Shown piece after piece: positions 8,790-19,536 of a stretch of 64,000 nt of DNA. The translations under genes were made by a program, and so were the position numbers. The notes beneath the pieces are model-generated. The model was not told the DNA's origin. It made no database searches and saw only the letters and a program-made list of their open reading frames with translations. The stretch is from an uncultured Bacteroidales bacterium (GTDB taxonomy: Bacteria; Bacteroidota; Bacteroidia; Bacteroidales; GCA-2748055): the NCBI GenBank assembly GCA_963764345.1, contig CAVXSF010000008.1, positions 206,706 through 270,705 of the forward strand, in the 5' to 3' direction. Each line of letters opens with the position of its first letter. The first letter of the stretch is position 1.

Positions 8790-11700
8790 TTGAAAATCCT
8801 CAAGACCCAGACAATAACATTTTTAATGATGATATTGCTGGGAGGGAATGTTCTCTCCCAGAATTTTCGTTTCCTGAACTTCGGGGTCGAACAGGGCTTG
8901 TGTGATAATTTTATTTATAACATCATTCAGGACCCGCATGGCTATCTCTGGCTTGGCACGGGTGAAGGCATATGCCGGTTTGACGGCTTCAGTTTTTCAC
9001 AGGCTTTCCAGGGTGATACGCTGCCCCAGACACCGGTCACTCAAAGTTACAGGGACAAACAGGGCAGGGTATGGTTCGGTTACGACGACGGTGAACTGGC
9101 TGTCCTGGAAGATTCAAAATTCAGACTTATCAATATCCCACAGGCAAATCGCGGAAGGATAAACGGTATCGCGGAGACATCCGACTCCAGTATCATCGTG
9201 GCTACGCAGAACAAAGGGATTATTCTGATCCATAACAAGGATGAAATGACCGTACTAAAAGACGGTCTTGAAGGACAACTCATTTCCTCTATTTGTATCA
9301 CCCCTTCCGATGATCTTCTGCTTGGAACATTCGATGGTCTTTTTATGTACCATTTTACTGCCGGTTATTCCGGACTGCAGCTTATCGGCAGGTTTGAAGA
9401 TATCCCTTATACCAGAATACAATCCATAGGAATGGATGCCTCTGCAGGGAATTACTGGATAGGTACGGAGGACCAGGGGCTCTTTAAACTTCGGACCGGG
9501 ACAAACGATATTAACTCTTATACGATTACCAAACCTGGTGAAGGCTTTGGATTGGAAAATTCCAATATCCAGGATGTTTTTGAGGATGCAAACGGCAATT
9601 TATGGGTTTGTACTATGGGTCAGGGGATCTATGAACTGATCAGCTCTAAAGGCGACGGGCATTTTGTACGGTTGCGTCATTTTGATAAAACGTCGGGATT
9701 GCCGGGTAATTTCGTCAGCTGCATTTTCCTGGATACGGAAGGTGATTTGTGGTTTGGAACCAGTGGTGAGGGATTGTTTGTCCTGAAAGATCAGTCATTT
9801 TCATTCTATAAATTCAATGCTGATGGTTTCGTCGATAATATCCAGTCACTGGCCCAGGTCGACAGCCTGTACTGGTTAGGCGGTGAAAATAAAATTATGA
9901 TCACCGACCTGGCATCGAAACACTTCAGATTCCTCGATTCAAAAAACGGGTTGCCCGATGACAGGTTTACCGCTATTTATCCGGCTTCCGACGGAACTGT
10001 ATGGATTGGTACGGCCAGAAGCGGAATCTACACCATCAGGAAGGATGGCAAAATGGCGAAGATTGTTTACCGGACAAAAAACTCGCTCGAAAATACAATC
10101 AATGCCATCACCGGCTGTAGTGATTCTATCTGGGTGGCGACCAATAATGGTGTCATCTGGTTTAACCAGAATACCGGAGAAAGGCATCAGTTCAGGACAA
10201 CTGAAGGGCTTCCGCACAATAAGATCAGGGATATTTTTATTGACAAGAGCCATACTGTTTGGATTGCAACCCGGAGTAACGGTCTTTTTAATCTTTCCAC
10301 GGGAGAAGAACTGGCTATTGAAGCAAATGCTGAGCTCGAATTTGTGAGCATTACACAGGACAGTTCAGGGAACCTCTGGGCAGGCACTTACGGTGACGGC
10401 ATATTCCAGTTTTCCCGCGACAGCCTTAACTATTATTCTTCCGCTGACGGATTACGCTCTAATTTTTGTTACAGCATAGCCACCGATGCCCGCGGAAATA
10501 TCTGGTCGGGCCACCGTTTGGGCATGAGTGAAATCAATACGAAGACGGGTAATGTTAGAGCTTTCAGCATTGAAGAAGGAATATCGGCAGATTGCAACTT
10601 TGGCGCTGTTATTAACAACTCAGAAAATGAGTTGATTTTTGGGACTTCCAGAGGATTGATCGTCTATGATCCTTTAAAAGATCACCAGGACACTATCGCA
10701 CCACAGCTCAATATCACCTCCCTGAAAATTTCGGATAAGGATTATGATTTCTCCAAACCCGTTTACCTTCCTTATAACCGATACAAGATCAGAATTGACT
10801 TTATTGGGATTGATTTTAAATCGCCCGAAAATGTGGTTTATCAATACAAACTTCAGGGGTATGACGACTGGTCGGAACCTTCTAAGGTGCCGGTAGCTAA
10901 TTACAGCAGGGTTGAAGATGGGGATTATACCTTCCTGCTCAAAGCATGTGACGAAAATGGGGTTTGTACCGAAACGCCACTGAAACTGCAGATCCATATT
11001 AAGATTCCGATCTGGAAGGCATGGTGGTTTATCCTGCTCGTTATCTTTATTGTAATTGTTACCGTCTTTGTCATCATCAAACTCAGGGAGAGAAAACAAA
11101 AACAGATACAGGATTATCTGCAGAGAGCTCTCGATGAGCGGACCCGGGAAGTGATGGAGCAGAAAGAAGAAATTGAAAATAAAAACAGGGATATCACCGA
11201 TAGTATTAACTATGCCCAGAGAATACAGGCCAGTATCCTGCCACCTATCAAACGTATTCAGGATACATTCTCGGGCAGTTTCGTCTATTACCAGCCCAGA
11301 GATATTGTGAGTGGTGACTTTTATTGGTACGACAGGCTTTGGGACGATAAGTTTGTGATTGTATGTGCCGACTCTACAGGCCATGGTGTCCCCGGCGCTT
11401 TCATGTCTATGATCGGGACAACCCTGATTAAAGATATTTGCTCGCGTCCCGATGTCCGGTCTCCTTCCCATATTCTCGAGACTCTGGATCAGGAAATTCA
11501 GAATGCTCTGAATCAAAACCTGGAAGCTGAAAAGTCAAATGACGGTATGGATATTATTGTTGCGGAAATTGACCTGAAAACGAACTACCTCCGCTTAGCT
11601 TCAGCTATGCGGCCAATCATCCTTTATATTAATAAGCAACAGGTGTATGTCAGAGGTTCAAGAAATTCCATTGGCGGGCATTTTGAAGAAGAGGCCGATG

Positions 11701-11954
11701 AAAAGGAATTCCGCGATGAAGGATTCCAACTCTCGAAAGGTGACCTTATCTATATGTTTTCCGACGGTTACCCCGATCAGTTCGGCGGACCATTGGGTAA
11801 GAAGTTTAAGATGGTCAGATTGAAAAACCTCCTTCGTGATATCCATGACAAACCCATGGATGAACAGTACAATTACGTGAAGAGCAATTTCATGCTCTGG
11901 AAGGAAGACCTTGAACAGGTTGATGACGTGCTGTTTATGGGAATCAAGATTTAA
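8790..11954 (+). CDS. Periplasmic two-component-regulator-propeller / Y_Y_Y sensor fused through one TM helix to a PP2C (SpoIIE/RsbU-type) phosphatase
   Basis: Repeated WxGTxxGL propeller motifs are followed by a Y_Y_Y-like segment (YQYKLQGYDDWSEP), a TM helix (WWFILLVIFIVIVTVFVII) and a coiled coil. The PP2C core follows (SGDFYWYD...VCADSTGHGVPGAFMSMIG...MFSDGYPDQFGG). Confidence 0.8.
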   Translation: MKILKTQTITFLMMILLGGNVLSQNFRFLNFGVEQGLCDNFIYNIIQDPHGYLWLGTGEGICRFDGFSFSQAFQGDTLPQTPVTQSYRDKQGRVWFGYDDGELAVLEDSKFRLINIPQANRGRINGIAETSDSSIIVATQNKGIILIHNKDEMTVLKDGLEGQLISSICITPSDDLLLGTFDGLFMYHFTAGYSGLQLIGRFEDIPYTRIQSIGMDASAGNYWIGTEDQGLFKLRTGTNDINSYTITKPGEGFGLENSNIQDVFEDANGNLWVCTMGQGIYELISSKGDGHFVRLRHFDKTSGLPGNFVSCIFLDTEGDLWFGTSGEGLFVLKDQSFSFYKFNADGFVDNIQSLAQVDSLYWLGGENKIMITDLASKHFRFLDSKNGLPDDRFTAIYPASDGTVWIGTARSGIYTIRKDGKMAKIVYRTKNSLENTINAITGCSDSIWVATNNGVIWFNQNTGERHQFRTTEGLPHNKIRDIFIDKSHTVWIATRSNGLFNLSTGEELAIEANAELEFVSITQDSSGNLWAGTYGDGIFQFSRDSLNYYSSADGLRSNFCYSIATDARGNIWSGHRLGMSEINTKTGNVRAFSIEEGISADCNFGAVINNSENELIFGTSRGLIVYDPLKDHQDTIAPQLNITSLKISDKDYDFSKPVYLPYNRYKIRIDFIGIDFKSPENVVYQYKLQGYDDWSEPSKVPVANYSRVEDGDYTFLLKACDENGVCTETPLKLQIHIKIPIWKAWWFILLVIFIVIVTVFVIIKLRERKQKQIQDYLQRALDERTREVMEQKEEIENKNRDITDSINYAQRIQASILPPIKRIQDTFSGSFVYYQPRDIVSGDFYWYDRLWDDKFVIVCADSTGHGVPGAFMSMIGTTLIKDICSRPDVRSPSHILETLDQEIQNALNQNLEAEKSNDGMDIIVAEIDLKTNYLRLASAMRPIILYINKQQVYVRGSRNSIGGHFEEEADEKEFRDEGFQLSKGDLIYMFSDGYPDQFGGPLGKKFKMVRLKNLLRDIHDKPMDEQYNYVKSNFMLWKEDLEQVDDVLFMGIKI

Positions 11955-12175
11955 GACCTCCGAGTCCTTAGCGGCGATATGGGGAAATTTCCAAAAACAA
12001 ATAAATTTCAATCTTCAAAATATCAAATTCCAAATCCGGGGGGCAAAGCGCATCAAGGATCAAATGGCTGTTCACACGGAGAGATATGTCTCAGGGTGTG
12101 TCTCTGCGATAAAAGAAACGATTATTCATCCCGTACCCCTATTAGCCGACGTGATTACGGTTTCCTCTCTTGTCC

Positions 12176-12703
12176 CTACATCCCTCCGCCCGTCAAATCA
12201 AGCCCTGTAAATATGATCGTTTCCGTGGTATCCACATTGCTCCTGTGGAACTGGCGATCGATAAGATAAAACGTGTAACGGATGGTATCGTACTGGATGG
12301 TCTTATATTCCAGGCTTACCGTAATCAGGCCTTTCAGAGTTTTGTTCTGCCCGGTTCTTTCAATATAGGGAACCCGGAAATTCTGAACGCTTGATTCGTC
12401 CTGTGCTTTTTCCCAGGTGTTGTTTTTCAGGGTCCACATCGTCATAAAGAGGTTGTATTTGAGGCTGTCAGCAGTGGCAGAAGAATCGGGCTGTTCGATA
12501 CCGATATCGCCATCACCGTCGGTGAACTGGATTTCCAGCTCACCCAGGAGGATATTGTTGCCAAGAACATCCTGCGACTTGTACAGGTTAAAGCCTTTAT
12601 ACTCCACGGTAGGGATATCGGGATATTTCTGCAGCTTCTCACATGATGAGAAAGCCATCATCAGCAGAAACAGGAATGCCGTAACATAAAAAAAAGTTCT
12701 CAT
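12176..12703 (-). CDS. Hypothetical lipoprotein
   Basis: 175-aa ORF with a lipobox-like N-terminus (LMMAFSSC), downstream of der on the same strand. Confidence 0.55.
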   Translation of the reverse strand: MRTFFYVTAFLFLLMMAFSSCEKLQKYPDIPTVEYKGFNLYKSQDVLGNNILLGELEIQFTDGDGDIGIEQPDSSATADSLKYNLFMTMWTLKNNTWEKAQDESSVQNFRVPYIERTGQNKTLKGLITVSLEYKTIQYDTIRYTFYLIDRQFHRSNVDTTETIIFTGLDLTGGGM

Positions 12704-12750
12704 GGCATGACAAATTACCTAATTTTCCTGACAGAAAGAACAACCGCTTA

Positions 12751-14058
12751 TTATTTTTTTCTGAAAAATAACTGAAGGGGAACACCTGTAAAATGAAAAT
12801 GTTCTCTCAGTTTATTTTCAAGATAGCGTCTGTAAGGATCCTTAATATGTTGGGGAAGATTACAGAAAAAAATAAAAACCGGAGCATAGGTCTTCAACTG
12901 TGTAATATATTTGATCTTTATGAATTTGCCTCTTACGGCTGGAGGGTGATACGCTTCGATGGCGGCCTGCATCACTTCGTTAAGCTTGGATGTGGGTATT
13001 TTCAGTTTGCGGTTCTGGTACACTTCCATCGCGGTGTCGAGGACTTTCTGAATACGTTGTTTGGTAATGGCTGACGTAAAAATGACAGGTATATCGGTGA
13101 AGGGTTCGAGCTTTTTCTTTATCTCCTGCTCATAAAGTTTGGTTGAATGATTGTCTTTCTCAATCAGATCCCACTTATTCACAAGGATTACGATGCCCTT
13201 GTGGTTTCGTTCCACTAGCCTGAAGATATTCACATCCTGGCTTTCAATACCTCGTTCAGCATCGAGAAGAAGAAGGCAAACATCGGAATTTTCAATGGCG
13301 CGGACAGACCGCATGACGGAATAGAACTCCACATTCTCAGACACTTTGCCCTTTTTTCTCAGGCCAGCAGTGTCGATGATATAAAAATCATGGTTAAACT
13401 TTTTATACCTGGCATTCACCGAATCACGGGTTGTTCCTGCAACCGGTGTAACGATATTCCTCTCCTCCCCGATAAGGGCATTGATCAGGGATGATTTTCC
13501 AACGTTAGGCCGGCCGATAATGGCAAACCTGGGGATATCTTCTTCTTCCTTTATTTCATCCTTTGCCGGCAGGCTGCTGGTTATGGCGTCGAGAAAATCA
13601 CCGGTTCCGCTGCCGTTGGCTGCTGATATCGGGAACAGTTCTCCAAAGCCAAGGGAATGAAAGTCATGGATATACGCCATTTTTTCACCGCCGTCAACCT
13701 TATTGACCGCAACCAGCACTTTTTTCCCTGATTTCCTCAGTAAAGCGGCAATGGAATTATCGAGATCGGTGACGCCACTGTTCACGTCCACAAGGAATAC
13801 AATGACATCAGCCTCCCCGATGGCCAGCATAACCTGTTTGTTTATCTCCTCCTCAAAAACATCCTCTGAATTAGCTACGTAGCCGCCGGTATCAATGACA
13901 GAAAATTCCGCCCCGTTCCATATGGTTTTACCGTAATGACGGTCGCGCGTCACCCCGCTGGTTTCATGAACGATGGCCGACCGGGTTTCGGTCATACGGT
14001 TAAAGAAGGTGGATTTTCCGGTATTCGGTCTTCCGACAATGGCAACAATGTTTGACAT
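12751..14058 (-). CDS. der: Ribosome-biogenesis GTPase Der (EngA)
   Basis: Two tandem GTPase domains (GRPNTGKST and [10 protein letters not shown]-loops; DTGG and DTAG; NKVD and NKWD) plus a KH-like C-terminus. Confidence 0.95.
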   Translation of the reverse strand: MSNIVAIVGRPNTGKSTFFNRMTETRSAIVHETSGVTRDRHYGKTIWNGAEFSVIDTGGYVANSEDVFEEEINKQVMLAIGEADVIVFLVDVNSGVTDLDNSIAALLRKSGKKVLVAVNKVDGGEKMAYIHDFHSLGFGELFPISAANGSGTGDFLDAITSSLPAKDEIKEEEDIPRFAIIGRPNVGKSSLINALIGEERNIVTPVAGTTRDSVNARYKKFNHDFYIIDTAGLRKKGKVSENVEFYSVMRSVRAIENSDVCLLLLDAERGIESQDVNIFRLVERNHKGIVILVNKWDLIEKDNHSTKLYEQEIKKKLEPFTDIPVIFTSAITKQRIQKVLDTAMEVYQNRKLKIPTSKLNEVMQAAIEAYHPPAVRGKFIKIKYITQLKTYAPVFIFFCNLPQHIKDPYRRYLENKLREHFHFTGVPLQLFFRKK

Positions 14059-14069
14059 GTTTTTTGGTT

Positions 14070-14964
14070 TTACCTGTAACCGAAGTTTTTAAGCATACGG
14101 TCATTATTTCGCCAGTCTTTTCTGACCTTTACATATAACTTCCAGAAATACTTTTTTACCGAAAAATTTTTCCATGTCCAGTCGTGCATCCGTGGCGGTT
14201 TTCTTCAGCAAAGTTCCCCCTTTGCCGATGATGATCCCTTTCTGGGTTTCCCGTTCTACATAAATCACCGCTCTGAGCCTGATGAGCGCCTGACTGTCGT
14301 GGAATTCTTCAATCTCAATTTCCACTGAATACGGGATCTCCTGCCGGTAATTCAATAATATTTTTTCACGAACGATTTCTCCTGCAAAAAATCGTTCCGA
14401 TTTATCGGATATGGTATCCTTGGGATAAAACGGCGGATTTTCAGGTAACTTTTCCAGGATGAGATTTAATAAACGATCCAGGTTAAATCCTTCAACTGCA
14501 GATAATGGGAGGAAGATGGCTTTGGGAAGAATGGCGGACCATGCTTCAAACAGGGCTTCGACCTTTGCCTGGTCGCACAAATCGATTTTGTTCAGCAGCA
14601 GGAATACGGGAATGTCTGTCTGCTGCAGGTGATCCGAAAATCCCGGGATGATAAGAGGCTCCTCCTTAACATCGGTAACATAAAGGATGATGTCTGCATC
14701 CGTGAGTGCCGACCGTGCTGCCTTCAGCATACTCTCCTGCAGCCTGTATTTCGGCGAAAGGATGCCGGGTGTATCGCTGTAGACGATCTGGAAATCATCA
14801 CCGTTTACAATACCATGAATGCGATGCCGCGTGGTCTGAGCCTTGGATGTGATGATGCTCAGTTTTTCACCCGTCATGGCGTTCATGATGGTAGATTTTC
14901 CAACATTCGGATTTCCGATGATATTAACAAAACCTGCTTTATGGATATGGTCAGTCATCATCAT
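14070..14964 (-). CDS. era: GTPase Era; the last ~21 codons lie in another frame in this sequence (1-nt indel near 14136)
   Basis: [13 protein letters not shown] and NKID motifs and a KH domain. The track ORF ends at 14104 (..[14 protein letters not shown]). The adjacent frame reads [21 protein letters not shown] and ends at 14070, which is the canonical Era C-terminus. Confidence 0.9.
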
Positions 14965-16109
14965 TCGAACGCATTCATCTTTAACATGTTGACTTCCATT
15001 TCCGTCAGAAACCTGAATTTTCCGCGAGGCAGGTTCTTCTTGGTTAGTCCGGCAAATAATACCCTGTCGAGACGGATCACTTTATATCCCAAATGTTCGA
15101 ACATTCTTCTAACGATACGGTTTCTCCCCGAATGGATTTCCATCCCAACCTCATTTCGGGTTTCAGGTTTAATAAAACTCAGTGAGTCAGGCTTGATAAA
15201 TCCGTCTTCCAGGGTTAGACCTTCTTCCATCCTGGCAAGGTCCTCGGCTTTGAAGTCACCTTCAAGGAAGATATGATATATTTTTTTTACGTTGTATTTC
15301 GGATGGGTCAGACGTGTAGCTATTGCACCGTCGTTGGTCAGCAGAAGGAGCCCGGTCGTGTTCCTGTCGAGCCTTCCTACCGGGTAAACCCGTTCTTTAC
15401 ACGCGTTTTTCACCAGGTCCAGTACCGTTTTGCGACCTTCGGGATCATCACTTGTAGTTACGTAATCTTTAGGTTTATTAAGGAGGATATAGATTTTCTT
15501 TTCAGATCTGAGTTTCTCTCCGTTGTATTTGACCACATCACCAGGATTTACTTTAACGCCCATTTCCGTGACCACCGTGTCGTTCACCATGACAAGTCCG
15601 GCTTTTATCAGGTCATCCGCTTCACGTCTTGAACAGATCCCTGCATGGGCAATATATTTATTCAGCCTTGTGGAGCCGTCACCTTTAAAACCAGAAGAAC
15701 TGTTATTATTTTGCTGAGATTTTGTAATTCTCGGTCGTTTCCCCCGGCGTTCACCGGACACGCTATCGTCCCTTCTGACTCGTTTTCCGGCCGGATATGG
15801 CCGATCATTAATACGGCTTTCATCAGCTCTTCCGATGTTGTTATAGGATGGTTTCGTTCCGTATCCTGGTTTCCTGTCATTTGAACGGGCACTGTCTCCA
15901 CCGGGCTTATCCGAAGTACGCCCGTCTTTTCCCCTGTAAGGTCCGGGCTGGCTTTTGTACTGACGGGTTTTTCCATCCCGGTTGTCAGAACCGTATGAAT
16001 TGCGGGAATCCGGACCTTTGCGGTCTTCACCTCGGTTTTCAGATGTATATGGTCTTTTTCCCCCTCGCTTGTAACCATTGGTTTGGTTACTGTTGTTATT
16101 GGTTTTCAT
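14961..16109 (-). CDS. RluB/RsuA-family rRNA pseudouridine synthase with a ~140-aa basic Gly/Arg/Asn-rich N-terminal extension
   Basis: S4 domain (RLNKYIAHAGICSRREADDLI) and catalytic motif GRLDRNTTGLLLLTNDG. A 4-nt ATGA overlap links it to the era start. Confidence 0.85.
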   Translation of the reverse strand: MKTNNNSNQTNGYKRGGKRPYTSENRGEDRKGPDSRNSYGSDNRDGKTRQYKSQPGPYRGKDGRTSDKPGGDSARSNDRKPGYGTKPSYNNIGRADESRINDRPYPAGKRVRRDDSVSGERRGKRPRITKSQQNNNSSSGFKGDGSTRLNKYIAHAGICSRREADDLIKAGLVMVNDTVVTEMGVKVNPGDVVKYNGEKLRSEKKIYILLNKPKDYVTTSDDPEGRKTVLDLVKNACKERVYPVGRLDRNTTGLLLLTNDGAIATRLTHPKYNVKKIYHIFLEGDFKAEDLARMEEGLTLEDGFIKPDSLSFIKPETRNEVGMEIHSGRNRIVRRMFEHLGYKVIRLDRVLFAGLTKKNLPRGKFRFLTEMEVNMLKMNAFE

Positions 16110-16436
16110 TTATCAGGTAATAATAGATATAAATGCTTTTTCATTAGTAAAAAGCTTGCAAAAATAATATTTTTGAACAGCAAACCGAAGTGAGAACGGA
16201 GTTATTTTTAATTCCGGGATGAATATTTGACTGATAGCGAAAAAATTAGGTCTGCTGTCTTTTTACGACAACAGCGGATTCATCAGTTCTGAATGCTGTC
16301 AAAATAACCGGAATTTGTCAGGCATGCCAGGGAAAAAGGGTTATCTGACAACCGGAGTGTACAGACGGTCAGGATTTGTCATCGGTTTGTATAATAACAA
16401 ACTTTAAAATGTAAAAGTTATTTTAAGTATAAGCAA

Positions 16437-17825
16437 ATGACATTAATAAAATCTATTTCAGGAATCAGGGGCACTATTGGGGGCAGGCCCGGGGAGTCAC
16501 TTACTCCTCCCGACATTGTAGGATTTACCTCGGCGTATGCAACCTGGTTACAGCGGACGGGCAGGAAGCTGAACCGCCGTATCGTTATTGGAAGGGATGC
16601 AAGGGTTTCAGGACCTATACTGGAACAGTTGGTTGCAGCCACATTGAACGGAATGGGTTTTAATGTGGTCATGCTCGGGCTGGCGACCACACCGACTGTG
16701 GAGATTGCCGTTCCCCTTGAGAAGGCTGATGGCGGGATAATACTGACGGCCAGCCATAATCCTGCCCAATGGAATGCTCTTAAATTACTGAATCACGAGG
16801 GCGAATTCCTCTCAGCAGCAGATGGAAATGAAATCGTCGGATTGGCTGAACGGTCAGACTTTACCTTTGCCTCGTTCGATCAGCTTGGGAAATGCACTTA
16901 TTCAGATGATTATAGCCGGAAGCATATAGAAATGGTTAAAAATCTGAAGCTGGTTGATACGGAAAAGATAAGGGCTGCCGGATTCAGGGTAGTGATCGAC
17001 GGGGTAAACTCGGTTGGAGGACTGATAATCCCGGATCTTCTCAGAGAACTGGGCGTAAAGGAGGTGACGGGCCTGAATACGGAAGCCAATGGACTTTTTC
17101 AACATAACCCCGAACCTCTTCCTGAAAACCTGACGGCCATTTCAGAAAAGGTGAAGGAGACAGGCGCCGATGTCGGTTTTGTCGTTGATCCGGATGTGGA
17201 CAGGCTGGCCATTGTGAACGAAGACGGGACCATGTTTGGTGAAGAGTATACCCTGGTGGCCGTTGCCGATTATGTGCTCAGCCGTACACCGGGGAATACG
17301 GCTTCCAACCTTTCATCGACAAGAGCGCTGAGAGATATTACGGAAAAATCGGGATATACCTACACGGCGTCCGCTGTCGGTGAAGTGAATGTGGTGGAAG
17401 CGATGAAAGCCAACCATTGCGTCATCGGTGGTGAAGGTAACGGCGGAATTATATTTCCGGCCCTGCACTATGGAAGGGATGCACTTGTGGGCATCGCCCT
17501 TTTCCTTACCCATCTTGCCGACACCGGGCTGAAATGTTCAGATTTAAGAAGGACATACCCTGAATATGTAATCTCAAAAAATAAAATTTCTCTCCGTGAG
17601 GGAATAAATGTCGATGCAGTTTTGTCAAATGTAAAAAGTCATTTTTCAGCTCAGCCTCTGAATGAGAGCGATGGTCTGAAAATTGATTTCCCTGACAGCT
17701 GGGTACATCTGAGGAAGTCAAATACGGAACCCATAATCAGAATTTACGCTGAGCATGCGGACAGGGAGAAGGCAGATGAACTGGCAAACCGTGTTATGAA
17801 GGTAATCCTTGATTTTATCTCATAA
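16437..17825 (+). CDS. glmM: Phosphoglucosamine mutase (alpha-D-phosphohexomutase family)
   Basis: SGIRG at the N-terminus, phosphoserine loop TASHNPAQWNALK, and the Mg site FVVDPDVDRL. Confidence 0.85.
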   Translation: MTLIKSISGIRGTIGGRPGESLTPPDIVGFTSAYATWLQRTGRKLNRRIVIGRDARVSGPILEQLVAATLNGMGFNVVMLGLATTPTVEIAVPLEKADGGIILTASHNPAQWNALKLLNHEGEFLSAADGNEIVGLAERSDFTFASFDQLGKCTYSDDYSRKHIEMVKNLKLVDTEKIRAAGFRVVIDGVNSVGGLIIPDLLRELGVKEVTGLNTEANGLFQHNPEPLPENLTAISEKVKETGADVGFVVDPDVDRLAIVNEDGTMFGEEYTLVAVADYVLSRTPGNTASNLSSTRALRDITEKSGYTYTASAVGEVNVVEAMKANHCVIGGEGNGGIIFPALHYGRDALVGIALFLTHLADTGLKCSDLRRTYPEYVISKNKISLREGINVDAVLSNVKSHFSAQPLNESDGLKIDFPDSWVHLRKSNTEPIIRIYAEHADREKADELANRVMKVILDFIS

Positions 17826-18125
17826 CTCAATAATATTGTAGACATTATCGTTATCAGGGAAGAAGGGTGAACAATCCATTTACTTTTTTCAGGTTTAAAG
17901 GTTCATGCGGGCCTGTGAAACAGCATGAGGCAGTGCCCAAAGGAGTTGGATTGTGTTATGCCATAAGAGTATCCTGATTGGGGAACAGCCCCTCTTGAAA
18001 AAATTAAGTAGGTCATGCCTGAGTGTGTGATAAAAAAAAATAAAGTAAAACAGATCTAAAAAAAGCATAGCCCTGACCGGCCTATTTTTACGTCAGTTAG
18101 TTCATATCGTTTATTAAAGAAAATA

Positions 18126-19536
18126 ATGAAAAAGAAAGTACTCATCCCAATTATTATTCTTGTTCTTACACTGGTGGGCATTATCATTTATTCAGCCGCT
18201 TCAAAGACTGAAGGTGATGTAAAGCTGACCAGTAAAGTCAAAAAAGGTGATTTTGAAATTCTTGTTTCTGTAACCGGTGAGTTGCAGGCCGAGAAATCCG
18301 TTGAGATCAGGGGGCCTTCAAATCTGAGATCCAGGAATCTGAGATTGAGGGGAATAAAGATACAGGAGCTTATACCCGAAGGTACGGTGGTAGATTCAGG
18401 AGATTGGGTCGCAACCCTCGATCGTTCTGAGGCCGATAACTCACTCAAGGACATCTCCGATGAACTTGAGAAGGATGAATCCCAGTATACCAAAACCAAG
18501 CTCGATACCACGATACAGCTTCGCCAGCTCCGGGATGATCTTATCAATCTTAAATTTTCCATGGAAGAGATGAAAATTGCCCTGGAACAATCACAGTATG
18601 AACCTCCGGCAACCATCAGGCAGGCACAGATCAATCTCGACAAAGCCACCCGTGCTTTTGAACAGGCCAGAAAAAACTATGATCTTAAAGTGAAACAGGC
18701 ACAGGCCGATATGACGGAGGTCAACATTAACCTGGGAAAACAGGAACGGACACAAAAGGAAATGGTGGATGTTTTAAAAGATTTTGACATCTATGCTCCG
18801 GCTCCGGGTATGGTCATCTACAAAAGAGAATGGAACGGTCAGAAACGGACCGTCGGATCGGAAATCAGTCCCTGGGACCTTACGGTTGCCACACTTCCCG
18901 ACCTTTCGACACTGGTTTCAAAGACGTATGTGAATGAGATTGATATCAGCAAGGTGAATGTCGGTCAGTTGGTTCGGGTTGGCGTTGATGCTTTCCCTGA
19001 AAAGAAGTTTACCGGCCGGGTCATCGATGATTGCCAATATCGGAGAGCAGTTACCCAACACCGATGCCAAGGTTTTTGAGGTAAGCATCAGGCTGAATGA
19101 AAATGATACCATTCTCCGGCCATCGATGACAACGAGTAACCAGATCATTACAAGTAAGTTCGGGGATGTTCTTTCCTTACCCCTCGAGGCAGTGCATACC
19201 AACGATTCTCTTTCCTTTGTCTATACCACAAAGGGGGCAAGGAAGGTGGTTGTACTTGGCGATGCCAATGAGAACGAGATCATTGTGGAACAGGGACTGG
19301 AAGCCGATGAGGAAATTTACCTCACAGTACCCGACAATCCGGAATCTTATCGATGGGAGGAACTCGAGCTGGTAAATGTCATAAAGCAAAAGAAGGCCGA
19401 AGAGGAAAAGAAGAAATTGGAGCAGCAGGAAAAGCCTGTTCACAGGAAAGGACAGCGTTCAAATAACGGACAAAACAAAGGGAATCCAGGACCAAACGGA
19501 ACCGGGAATAGCAGACCCAATAGAAACAGACAGTAA
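18126..19536 (+). pseudogene. HlyD/MacA-type periplasmic adaptor of the downstream MacB-like/TolC system, frame broken near 19029
   Basis: Track ORFs 18126..19079 and 18958..19536 are two halves of one adaptor. ..FTGRVID switches frame to IANIGEQLPNTDAKVFEV.., and removing 1 nt in gatgatt restores a continuous protein. It has a low-complexity K/E/N-rich tail. Confidence 0.8.

Noticed and set aside
10674-11516. A 280-aa ORF antisense to the sensor-PP2C gene
   Set aside because: It lies entirely inside a gene that has clear domain content on the other strand, and its translation is low-complexity with no motifs. The same reasoning rejects the antisense ORFs 35332..36120 (in mutS), 50679..51386 (in the MerR/B12 gene), 22474..23136, 14629..15276, 32582..33220, 7268..7702, 21301..21807 and 29312..29818.
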